DNA of 64,000 bases from Candidatus Woesearchaeota archaeon (GTDB lineage Archaea > Nanobdellota > Nanobdellia > Woesearchaeales > JAGVZT01), in the NCBI GenBank assembly GCA_018263355.1, contig JAANXH010000043.1, forward strand, positions 443-64,442. Direction: 5' to 3'. The number at the start of each line of letters is the position of its first letter. The first letter of the stretch is position 1. The notes beneath the pieces were generated by a model. It was not told where the DNA came from and ran no database searches. It saw only the letters and a list, made by a program, of their open reading frames with translations. Of the stretch, positions 9,457-18,581 are shown piece by piece. A program made the position numbers and the translations under genes.

Positions 9457-9765
9457 TGTGACTGATGGTGTTCAGAATTCGTCTGTGCCGTGAATGACAT
9501 GAAATGACCTTTTTTGTTATGAATCCATGGCCAGGCGTAGTTTTTCTGCAGGAAAAAAGGAGTAGGATTTTGGACATCATCAGTTTGTAGCACTGCCCTC
9601 AGTTTACATGGCAACCAGTTTTATCACTAAAAAAGAAAAACATATATATATGTAATATATATCTCTAAATATAAGAGGTGTATATGTTTTTGGTGAATAT
9701 ATGCCAACAAAAATTGTTCATAACAAGACTTATTCTACCAAAAAGAATGGCGCAAGGGGAGGGGT

Positions 9766-11004
9766 ATGAGACAAGAAGATTTAATTGGTAAAGTTATAAG
9801 TGAATACAAAGTAGAGGACAGGTTGACGTCATCTACTCATTCTGCAATATTCCTTGTGAGACATATTAGAATGGATCATTGGCGTAGAGTTATGAAAACT
9901 CTAAATAAACATTTGACAAGAGATCAAAGATTCATGAGGCAAATGAAAAATGAACAAAATATTGTTGGTGAGTTTTCTGATTCTGCTTTAGAATTTAATG
10001 TAAGACCTTATGATGTTGGAGTAATTAAAAATACAGAAACTCACTGGGACAATAGCCCATATATTATTATGGAATATGTTGAGGACGGAAGTTTAAAAGA
10101 AAATTCTCAGATTAGTTTGGAACAAAAAGTTTTTTGTATTGCTCAGGCTACTAGAGGTCTAGACGCTGCTCATGACGAGGGTGTGATTCACAAGGATTTT
10201 CACGACGGAAATGTTTTACTTGTGATGAAAAAGAATCAGATTATTAGTGTTAAAGTTTGTGATTATGGTGTTGGAGCAAATATGGATGATACTGGTTATT
10301 ATGGAGGATATTCTAAGGCTCCAATTTTATACAAAGCACCTGAACAAACAACTGGGGGTAAAGAGAAGGGATTAAGAGAAGGAAAACACACTGATGTATA
10401 TCAGGTTGGAGCAACTTTGTTGAACATTACCAGTGGTCTGCAAATCACAGAAGGAGTAATTCAAGAGTTATACAATGGGTATAAAGATGTGCCAGAGCCA
10501 TTAAAAGATATTATTAAACAATGCATTAGTTTTAATCCAAAAAATCGTCCAAGTCTTAAACAAGTAAGAAAAACTCTACTTAATTTAGATGAATTAGAAA
10601 AGGAAACTAAATTTGCTTCATTAATTGAAAAAGCATCACAAGAATTACATGGCATTGGAAATAGGTATAAAAGAAGATCTTGTAATACCTTAACTGGTAA
10701 AGATATTGATAATTTGTTTAAAATCAGAAATAGATATTACAAAAAATGGGGAAGAATGGATTATACTATTCCAGTAGGCTCAATTGAAGCAATTATTAAT
10801 AGGCTTTTAGAAAGAGATACAATTATAATGGGTGAGTTTGCAGCTCCTTATTGCAATGAAAAATTAAAAGTTGTACATGCACCAAAAAGTAAGAAACAAA
10901 GAGAGAAAGCTGAGCAATATAGTAAGGCACTACAGAATTGGCAAAAACATCTTAATAGAACCATTTATGTTGATCCAGCATCTTGGAAAATGAATATAAA
11001 ATGA
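9766..11004 (+). CDS. Hanks-type Ser/Thr protein kinase
   Basis: VMK lysine, alphaC Glu, HKDFHDGN catalytic loop, DYG, YKAPE, TDVYQVG. The glycine-rich loop is degenerate. Confidence 0.85.
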   Translation: MRQEDLIGKVISEYKVEDRLTSSTHSAIFLVRHIRMDHWRRVMKTLNKHLTRDQRFMRQMKNEQNIVGEFSDSALEFNVRPYDVGVIKNTETHWDNSPYIIMEYVEDGSLKENSQISLEQKVFCIAQATRGLDAAHDEGVIHKDFHDGNVLLVMKKNQIISVKVCDYGVGANMDDTGYYGGYSKAPILYKAPEQTTGGKEKGLREGKHTDVYQVGATLLNITSGLQITEGVIQELYNGYKDVPEPLKDIIKQCISFNPKNRPSLKQVRKTLLNLDELEKETKFASLIEKASQELHGIGNRYKRRSCNTLTGKDIDNLFKIRNRYYKKWGRMDYTIPVGSIEAIINRLLERDTIIMGEFAAPYCNEKLKVVHAPKSKKQREKAEQYSKALQNWQKHLNRTIYVDPASWKMNIK

Positions 11005-13049
11005 AAAAAACTTTTGAGGATATAAGTCAGATTATTCAAGACCAAAAGAGAAGTTTGAAGGGCAAACCTCTTGAGTATTGTATTGGCATAGTTGGTCTTG
11101 GAAAAGTTGGCAGAGAGGTTTATACCCAGATGCTTAACACACGCAGAGTAAATGAAATTCAACTTTTTACAACAAAACCCGATAGAACTGGACAGTTTTT
11201 AGAACGGCAAAATATCGCGCACACACATACTTCTGTAATTGTAAATGATTTTACTGAACTTAAACATCAACATGAAAATTTAGATATTGCAATACTTACT
11301 GTTGATCAAAGTAATTACTTAAATAGATTTCCAGACATATCAAGAGATGATGTTTTGGAAAGTAATGTTGATTTACTTGTTAAAACAGGAAATTTGCTTA
11401 AAGATTATAAGTCTTCAGTTATTGTAGTTACAAATCCTGTTGATTTGGCTGCATATATTGTCTGTGCTAATGCTGGAATTTATCCCGAGCAAGTAACTGG
11501 GCTCAGCCACACAGACCTGGCTAGATTCAGAAAAAATATTAGGGATGTATTTATTGGCAATGGTTTGGACCCAAAATTTGTAAATATGATTGATGTTGAT
11601 GTGTATGGTCCACACTCCACAGAAGCTACATACGTATTTCAAAATTTTGCTAATTTACCTAGACAGGTTTTTACATTTTTATCAAACGAAAACATATATT
11701 CCAAACTAAAAGAAGCAGCAGCACAATATGCTAATACTCAGTTTGAATTAGGCTCTGCACTAAAAGAAGGTACAGAGAGAGAAACTGCTGTTTCAATAAG
11801 AGAGGTAGTTGAAGCAATTATCCAAGAAGATAAGAGAGTTGGAGCTTCTGTTTATATAAACCCAGCAGAGATTGGTGTTAAAGGAATTATCCCTGGTTTA
11901 TTTATGGGCTATCCCACCAGATTTGTGAGTGGCGTAGCTTCTCCAATTCTTGGTAACTTTATTGATGAATCTGATCAGGCAAGAGTAATAAAAGGATATC
12001 ATACTCTTGAGTCAAAAATAATTAGATTACATGAATCAGGAATAATACCAGATTATGTTGAAAGGAGTTTTGATGTTGTAGACATTTATGAAACTAAACA
12101 GACAAAAGTTAATTTACCTAAGTTAAATATTCAGTTTCAAGTTATTGGAGCATGTGCTAATCAGGTTATTAAATGGCCAGATATGGATAATCCAAATTTA
12201 AAAGAACCTATTGATCTTGAACAGAGAGTTACTGCGTTTAGCTGTGCTGATATTGATGAAGAATTAAATTTTATTGTAGGCCATAGGAGAGGAATAACTA
12301 TACTGAGTAAATCAAAAAAAACAGATTATAAATATGAATCTAATCATCGGGTTAGAAAAGTAGGTTTGATAAAAACAGATAGAACTTATTTAGTAGGTGC
12401 GAATTCAAGTAGTGTTTTTGTGTTTGATAAGGATAACCCAGATAGTCCTGTATTTGATATCAATGGATTTAATCATAAATTAGAAAGTTTTGAATTAGGA
12501 TATTACAAAGATAGACCATATTTATGGGTTGTAGGAGATGGAGTTAGTGAATATAGTTTTTTGGAATCAGAAAAATTAAACTTTTATGAGGTTGGAGGTG
12601 TTGAAAAAAAGATCAAAGCACTATTAAAAATAAGATCAAAATTATATGGTGCGAACTTAAATAAAGTGGTTAGATGGAATTTGAATTCTCCTGGTTTGCC
12701 AAGATGGGAATCTGATGAACTTCCAAGTATATCTGTAAGTTGTATTGAATATGCTGAGATTAATGGTTGTAAATCTTTATTTGTTGGGACAGGTAATCCT
12801 GAAGTTTATAGAATTGATGCAAATTCTGGGGAATTAATTAAAGTTTATCAGAAAAAACAAAGTAATCTTAATGGTACTGGACAAGTTAAAGTTTTGGATA
12901 ACAGATACTTACTAACTGCTGATAGAAATATGACTGGTCATACATATGAGTCCGCAATTAATATTTGGGATATTCATGATAAAAAACCAAGTATTGTTTT
13001 GCCAACAGGTTTTAATTCTGGCATAAAGGGTTTGAAGGTCTTAAAATGA
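11001..13049 (+). CDS. LDH/MDH-like dehydrogenase fused to a C-terminal beta-propeller (WD40-like)
   Basis: GIVGLGKVG, SRDD..N, VTNPVD, TDLARF, GPHS in the N-terminal half; beta-rich repeats ending ..RW, ..IWD in the C-terminal half. ATG 11001 overlaps the kinase stop (track start 10983). Confidence 0.75.
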   Translation: MKKTFEDISQIIQDQKRSLKGKPLEYCIGIVGLGKVGREVYTQMLNTRRVNEIQLFTTKPDRTGQFLERQNIAHTHTSVIVNDFTELKHQHENLDIAILTVDQSNYLNRFPDISRDDVLESNVDLLVKTGNLLKDYKSSVIVVTNPVDLAAYIVCANAGIYPEQVTGLSHTDLARFRKNIRDVFIGNGLDPKFVNMIDVDVYGPHSTEATYVFQNFANLPRQVFTFLSNENIYSKLKEAAAQYANTQFELGSALKEGTERETAVSIREVVEAIIQEDKRVGASVYINPAEIGVKGIIPGLFMGYPTRFVSGVASPILGNFIDESDQARVIKGYHTLESKIIRLHESGIIPDYVERSFDVVDIYETKQTKVNLPKLNIQFQVIGACANQVIKWPDMDNPNLKEPIDLEQRVTAFSCADIDEELNFIVGHRRGITILSKSKKTDYKYESNHRVRKVGLIKTDRTYLVGANSSSVFVFDKDNPDSPVFDINGFNHKLESFELGYYKDRPYLWVVGDGVSEYSFLESEKLNFYEVGGVEKKIKALLKIRSKLYGANLNKVVRWNLNSPGLPRWESDELPSISVSCIEYAEINGCKSLFVGTGNPEVYRIDANSGELIKVYQKKQSNLNGTGQVKVLDNRYLLTADRNMTGHTYESAINIWDIHDKKPSIVLPTGFNSGIKGLKVLK

Positions 13050-13312
13050 GCGAAAAAGATGAAGGAAAAAGGCTTGATGACATTATGCTGGGTATCCAAC
13101 ATTATTCCCCTACTCAAATTAAAGCTAATAATATGAGAAAAAAATCTGTACCAATTGTAAAGTGGGCTTTAGCAGGGATTGCTTCAATTGCATTGGTTAT
13201 TAGCGGGTTTTTTATTGAAAAAAATTATGATGTTCTTAGCAACTTAGCTAAAGAGCCAGTTTTAGAGACTACACCTGCTAGGGGTGAACCAACACGGACT
13301 CTATTGTTTTAG
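13046..13312 (+). CDS. Small single-TM protein
   Basis: Central TM helix WALAGIASIALVISGFFI; coupled to the previous gene. Confidence 0.65.
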   Translation: MSEKDEGKRLDDIMLGIQHYSPTQIKANNMRKKSVPIVKWALAGIASIALVISGFFIEKNYDVLSNLAKEPVLETTPARGEPTRTLLF

Positions 13313-13360
13313 AGGAAATTGTCAGTAGTGCTGACAAATCCCAGTAAATATTGATTAAAA

Positions 13361-14743
13361 ATGAAAAATAATAATAAAGAAATGAAAAGATTAGACCAGA
13401 TAATTGGAGATATTGAAGGCCAAAGACCTTTGGCTGATATCTTAGAGGAAATCAAAAATAAACCTACTCCAAAAAAAGAGGAATCTAAAAGTAAAAAATT
13501 AACTGAAAAAATTGCTATTGCTATAATTGGTGGATTAGCCGGCCTTACAGCTATTTTTGGATTAGGTTCATATATCTCTAACCAATATTCTGCCACCCCT
13601 CAAGTGGTTACTAAAACTCCTATTGAAGAAACTCAGCCTAAACCGAGTTTTACTGCAGAACAAGAGATTTTGCCAAGCTTAACTCCACAAAGTCAGCAAC
13701 TCTCTTTAGCAACACAAGAGCCAGTTCTAGATGAGTCTTCAGAAAGTGTTTCACAAGAAGATTTTAGCTCAGTCAATTGGCTTACTGAGAGGATTGGTCA
13801 AAATACAATTGAATCAGAATATGTTTCTGCAGGTAGGTTTTTTTATATTTCAGCAGGTTTTTTCAAGATTGGAGATTTACAATGTTATGCACATGAAGGG
13901 CAGGTTTGTGTTTATATTACCCAACCTTCTCAAGATAAAGAGATTATTATTGAAGGATTAGACCCAGGTGCTTCTTGGATTGCTATAAGTGAAGCAAATT
14001 CTGCAATGCAAGTTTTAGAAGATAGATCTCCTTTTTTCTGGACACAAGACAATTGTGATATTAATGGATGTGATTATGCTAGAGTTTTTATTGATAAAGA
14101 AAATTGTGTTGAAAAATTATTAGTTTATCCCGAGTTCCAATTAGAATATTTAGAAAGATGTGAAACAGGTTCTAGTTTTGTTCCAATTTCTTTGAAAAGT
14201 TATTCTGAAATTAGTTCTCCAGAAACAAATCTTGGAATGGAGCCAGGATTTCACAATATTCAAGGTATAGATTTTGAAAATGGCTGGAGGATTTCAACAA
14301 AGTGTAATGACAACCTGTATAAAGATGTGTATGATTCTTATAATATAAGTGCAGGAGTTGAAAATGTTAAATCTGTATATTTCCTGATTCAGGCTGGATG
14401 GGCATTTAATGAGGATATGGATAAACATATTGGGAGTATCCAGTTAGATTTTGCTGATGGTTCTAAGCTCGTGGAAGAATTGATTTTAGGAAATAATATC
14501 AGAGATTGGACACGAGATAAGTCAATATCAGCTACAACTGTGAGCGCAGACAATATTTTTGAAGCTTGGAGAGGCACAGCTCATGGATATACTGGTGGAG
14601 TTGATATTTTAAGATTAGATATACCCAATTCTATGCAAAAGGGTTATTTAGATAATATTCTTATTCAAGACCTTACCCAGGAAAATCTTGAAAATATTGA
14701 TCCCTGTATCTATGTGCTTGGAATAACTTTAGAAACACAATGA
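13361..14743 (+). CDS. Membrane-anchored surface protein with P/T/E/S linker and extracellular domains
   Basis: TM helix IAIAIIGGLAGLTAIFGLG, low-complexity linker, Cys-containing beta-rich domains. Confidence 0.7.
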   Translation: MKNNNKEMKRLDQIIGDIEGQRPLADILEEIKNKPTPKKEESKSKKLTEKIAIAIIGGLAGLTAIFGLGSYISNQYSATPQVVTKTPIEETQPKPSFTAEQEILPSLTPQSQQLSLATQEPVLDESSESVSQEDFSSVNWLTERIGQNTIESEYVSAGRFFYISAGFFKIGDLQCYAHEGQVCVYITQPSQDKEIIIEGLDPGASWIAISEANSAMQVLEDRSPFFWTQDNCDINGCDYARVFIDKENCVEKLLVYPEFQLEYLERCETGSSFVPISLKSYSEISSPETNLGMEPGFHNIQGIDFENGWRISTKCNDNLYKDVYDSYNISAGVENVKSVYFLIQAGWAFNEDMDKHIGSIQLDFADGSKLVEELILGNNIRDWTRDKSISATTVSADNIFEAWRGTAHGYTGGVDILRLDIPNSMQKGYLDNILIQDLTQENLENIDPCIYVLGITLETQ

Positions 14744-15351
14744 AAAGATTAGATGAAATACTAAAGGAAATTGAAAGTAAACCTACTCCAAAAGTAACTA
14801 CAAAGAAAACTATTTATCAACCTAAATTTAGTAGAAAAATACTTTTATTAGGTATTTTAACAGGAGCCACAATAACAACTATTTGTGGGGGACTTTTTTT
14901 TATTATTTCTCAAGAGACAACTCTTTTACAACAAAAACAAGTATATCCTACGTTGGAAAACCCAGTTGTGAGTTCTCAAGTGGTTGAAGCTAAGCACACA
15001 ATGCAAAATCAGGAATTTTTAACAAATACTCCAGAGACTGTTGATAGTGAGCCAAGTGCAACAAACACTCCAGAATTTACTGCTACAGTCCAACCTACTT
15101 ATACAGCACTTCCTACATATAAAACATATCCTACAAATACTCCTATTCCAACAATCCCATTACCTACAAATACCCTGATCCCCACTAATACTCCCAAACC
15201 AGATCCATACTCAATTTCATTGCACTTAGATGAGGGACATAGTGCATATGAATATTGTGGAAGTGCTAAACTTATTGCTAATCTTCCGCCTAACCGTAAT
15301 GTAGATGTTTTACTCAATGTTGTTCAAGGAGATTCCAGTATGTTCTTATGA
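14740..15351 (+). CDS. Membrane-anchored protein with Pro/Thr-rich linker, possibly truncated
   Basis: TM helix then PT repeats (PTNTPIPTIPLPTNTLIPTNTP); only about 45 aa follow the linker. Confidence 0.65.
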   Translation: MKRLDEILKEIESKPTPKVTTKKTIYQPKFSRKILLLGILTGATITTICGGLFFIISQETTLLQQKQVYPTLENPVVSSQVVEAKHTMQNQEFLTNTPETVDSEPSATNTPEFTATVQPTYTALPTYKTYPTNTPIPTIPLPTNTLIPTNTPKPDPYSISLHLDEGHSAYEYCGSAKLIANLPPNRNVDVLLNVVQGDSSMFL

Positions 15352-15429
15352 TTCAAATGCTGTGATAGATGTCAATATTTCACATGGGGTTTAGGGCTTA
15401 GAATATTATGATGGCAAGGTGAACAGATA

Positions 15430-16500
15430 ATGAGAAAATTAGAAGATATACTTATTGATATCGAGAGTTCATACCGTAATGAACCTATTCCTGTTTACCT
15501 AGAAGGATTGCAGGAGGAGTTACAGAGTATTGACAGTCACAAAGTGTTAAAAAAAGGGATATATGATATCGATTTTCAGATTGTTGTTGAGGAAAAAGGA
15601 GTTTTAGAAATTAAGCCTGGTGCTAAATTATTTTTTAGAGAAAATGCAGGGATTTTATCGTATGGCAAGCTGATAGCCAAAGGCACAAAAGGCAAAGAAA
15701 TTATTTTTACAGCTACGAAGGATAAATGGAAGAATATTACTATAGCAGGAAGTTATACTGATGGCAGTATATTAGAGTATTGTGAAATAAGCAGGGGTTC
15801 AGGCAGGAGGATTATCCCTAGTACTGACCACTTTAATTTAACAAAACATATTTCAAATTATGGAGGAGGTTTAGGCATATACAAAGCAAATCCAACTTTA
15901 AAAAACAACACTATTCAGAGAAATAGCGCCAAAGGAGGTGGAGGAGGAATATATATTCATAAATCTACGTTAGCTTTAATCAATTGTATAGTCAAAAACA
16001 ATACAGCTGGTGGTGGAGGTATACATACTTTAGAAGGAGATGTAACATTATATAACAATACCATTCAGAATAATATTGTAAAGCATTGTGGAGGAGGATT
16101 AAATTCATTTTCAACAAATCTGAGATTAGAAAATAATAGAATTGGAAGCAATTATGCAAAAGAAGGAGGAGGATTGTATTTGAACCACAGTACTGGTTTG
16201 CTAATAAAGAACAAGATATTGGATAACAAGGCAAGAGAAGGTGGGGGATTAAAGCTTTGTCATTCAGATGTTGTTTTAGAAGATAATATATTACAAGGGA
16301 ATATTTCCCGCTCTGGTGCAGGCTTATATGTTTGGCATTCTAGCCCACTATTACACAAAGATAAAATAATTCATAATATAGCCGAAAATCAAGGTGGAGG
16401 ATTATGGATTTATCTAATCTCTGATGTACAATTAAGAAATAATACAATCAAAAACAACATACCAGATGACATTTATGATCAAGCTAAACACAAGTCCTAA
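15430..16500 (+). CDS. Right-handed parallel beta-helix repeat protein
   Basis: Repeated N.A..GGG(I/L)Y and N..I..N motifs. Confidence 0.8.
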   Translation: MRKLEDILIDIESSYRNEPIPVYLEGLQEELQSIDSHKVLKKGIYDIDFQIVVEEKGVLEIKPGAKLFFRENAGILSYGKLIAKGTKGKEIIFTATKDKWKNITIAGSYTDGSILEYCEISRGSGRRIIPSTDHFNLTKHISNYGGGLGIYKANPTLKNNTIQRNSAKGGGGGIYIHKSTLALINCIVKNNTAGGGGIHTLEGDVTLYNNTIQNNIVKHCGGGLNSFSTNLRLENNRIGSNYAKEGGGLYLNHSTGLLIKNKILDNKAREGGGLKLCHSDVVLEDNILQGNISRSGAGLYVWHSSPLLHKDKIIHNIAENQGGGLWIYLISDVQLRNNTIKNNIPDDIYDQAKHKS

Positions 16501-16503
16501 AGA

Positions 16504-17241
16504 TCACTTCTTAGCCAGACTCCATAACAACTTGAAATATTTCCTGTATGATTCTGCCATCCTCTCACTTTCAATAAGAATGGCAAGAGGTGGTTTTGAC
16601 CAGATAAAAAATGCTACCTTGTTTGCATAAACTGTGGTTGCAGCTGGACTATCATATTCTTTTGGCAAATAACCAGCATCTGTATAGGGCATAGACCTTA
16701 GATGCTCTAATCTTTGTTTTGCATCAGCATTATATATATGGATTTGCTCTATTTTTTTTGCAATTCTTCTTTTATGGTATATTTTTATGAAATTTTTCAT
16801 TAAATCGGGTGTGTTTTTTGGATTCCCAAATGTAAGTACTTTATCATTTTCTTTGCAGCTAATCAGAATATCTTCTGTTATTGACTTGATTCCAGCAATT
16901 CCTTCAAATACCATTGCTTTATCTTTGGATTTTGCAAGATTATCACTTAGTTTTAACTGAGGAATTATTTGTTTTAATTTTTCCTGCTTTTGTTTAACAA
17001 TTCCTATTAAACTTTCTGGATTACTTGCTTGAAAATACTTAACATTATTTTTTTCTATATGAGATACTACTCCTTTTTGCATTAGTCTGTCTAATGCATC
17101 ATATACAGTTGTTCTGTGAATTTTAGAAGAATCTGCAATTGTAGATGCAGTTGAGGATCCAATGTTATTTAGTGTAAGGTAAACTTTTGCTTCGTTTTTA
17201 CTAAACCCAATATTTTCCAGTATTTTCAGAAGTTCTTCCAT
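16504..17241 (-). CDS. TrmB family transcriptional regulator
   Basis: LENIGFSKNEAKVYLTL...IHRTTVYDALDRLMQKG wHTH, VFEG linker, C-terminal sensor-like domain. Confidence 0.85.
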   Translation of the reverse strand: MEELLKILENIGFSKNEAKVYLTLNNIGSSTASTIADSSKIHRTTVYDALDRLMQKGVVSHIEKNNVKYFQASNPESLIGIVKQKQEKLKQIIPQLKLSDNLAKSKDKAMVFEGIAGIKSITEDILISCKENDKVLTFGNPKNTPDLMKNFIKIYHKRRIAKKIEQIHIYNADAKQRLEHLRSMPYTDAGYLPKEYDSPAATTVYANKVAFFIWSKPPLAILIESERMAESYRKYFKLLWSLAKK

Positions 17242-17324
17242 AAATATTAGAAAAGTTTCTGAAAATATAAATATTTGTTATTTTCTCAATATATTTTTAT
17301 ATATATTCCCAATACCAGTGAAAT

Positions 17325-17915
17325 ATGAGAATTTTATGTTTTGTTGATCTTCATGGAGATTTTGGAGCTATTAAAAAACTAAAAAATAAATCCAAAAGAG
17401 CAGATTTGTTAGTTTGTGCTGGAGATATTACCAGATTTGAAACAGATATTGACCATATTTTGCAAAAAATCAACAATATTGGGAAAAAAACTCTTATGAT
17501 TCATGGAAATCATGAATGTTCAGATTTTTTAAAAGAAAAATGCGAAAATTATCCAAATATTTACTTTTTTCACAAAAAAGCCCAATTTATCAATAATATC
17601 TTATTTATGGGATTTGGAGGTGGAGGTTTTGAACAATCTTGTCCTGAAATGGAAGAATTCTTTAAAAAACATAAGAATTTGTTAAATAATGCTAAAAAAA
17701 AGGTTTTTATTACACATGCTCCTCCTTTTAAGACAAATTTAGATGTTCTTGGCAAAGATTACCATGGAAATAATACTTTAAAAAATCTAATTATAAAATT
17801 CCAACCAAATTTTGCTATTTCTGGACATTTTCATGAGAATTGGGGTAAGTTTGACACTATTGGAATGTGTAAAGTGCTTAATCCTGGCCAAAAGGGGCGT
17901 TTTTTTGAAATTTAG
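17325..17915 (+). CDS. Metallophosphoesterase (calcineurin-like)
   Basis: DLHG, GD, GNHE, THAPP, GHFHE motifs. Confidence 0.85.
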   Translation: MRILCFVDLHGDFGAIKKLKNKSKRADLLVCAGDITRFETDIDHILQKINNIGKKTLMIHGNHECSDFLKEKCENYPNIYFFHKKAQFINNILFMGFGGGGFEQSCPEMEEFFKKHKNLLNNAKKKVFITHAPPFKTNLDVLGKDYHGNNTLKNLIIKFQPNFAISGHFHENWGKFDTIGMCKVLNPGQKGRFFEI

Positions 17916-18075
17916 TCTCAATCTTGTCTTGAGACTGTCTCAAGACTGTCTCACTAAGTTCCACATGAAACCAAGGAGTATACTCTCCACATGAAATCAA
18001 GGGGTTCTAGCTCCAGTGGAAATCAAGGGGTGTCTCAATCTTGTCTCAAGACTATCTTGATTCTGTCTCATGAGA
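17915..18075. promoter_or_regulatory. Putative replication origin: three ORB-like boxes flanked by GTCTCAAG/TGTCTCA repeats
   Basis: TCCACATGAAACCAAGG (17960), TCCACATGAAATCAAGGGG (17986), TCCAGTGGAAATCAAGGGG (18012), spaced exactly 26 bp apart. They match the archaeal ORB pattern TCCAxxGAAA...GGGG. Confidence 0.65.
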
Positions 18076-18531
18076 CAAAGTTTTAAATACTACTTAATTA
18101 ATTGGATGATTATGGGGGATGAATTAGAAGAATTAAAGTATAATCTGAAAGTTTCTTTTTCCAGGATGAAAAATGATATTCAGGATAATAAGGAAAAGAT
18201 TTCTAAGCTTCTAGAAATAAACCAACAGTTAACTAATGAGATTCAAAAATTACACAAATCCTTAGATAAAGGCTCTGATTCCAAGTCAGAGCTTGCCAGA
18301 CAGTTTAATAGAAACAAAAAATCAATAATACAACAGAGGATTATAGATTTAGTCCAAAAAGCTGAGTATAATCTCCCAGATCTTAAAAGAATTATTGTTG
18401 ACCAGAAGAGATACTGCTCAAAAGCCACATTCTATAGATATATTAATGAATTAGAAGAATCTAAGTTATTAAATACAGCTGAAGTTAATGGAGAGAACAT
18501 TGTTGTTGGTACAAATAGCAAGATACAATAG
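18070..18531 (+). CDS. Coiled-coil plus winged-HTH protein next to the putative origin
   Basis: N-terminal coiled coil; C-terminal CSKATFYRYINELEE HTH. True start probably 18106 or 18112. Confidence 0.7.
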   Translation: MRQSFKYYLINWMIMGDELEELKYNLKVSFSRMKNDIQDNKEKISKLLEINQQLTNEIQKLHKSLDKGSDSKSELARQFNRNKKSIIQQRIIDLVQKAEYNLPDLKRIIVDQKRYCSKATFYRYINELEESKLLNTAEVNGENIVVGTNSKIQ

Positions 18532-18581
18532 ATTAAATTTTTCCAAAACTATTTTAATATAAGTTAATTTTTGGTATAAAC

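Noticed and set aside
9640-9690. (AT)n run upstream of the kinase
   Set aside because: Low-complexity promoter region.
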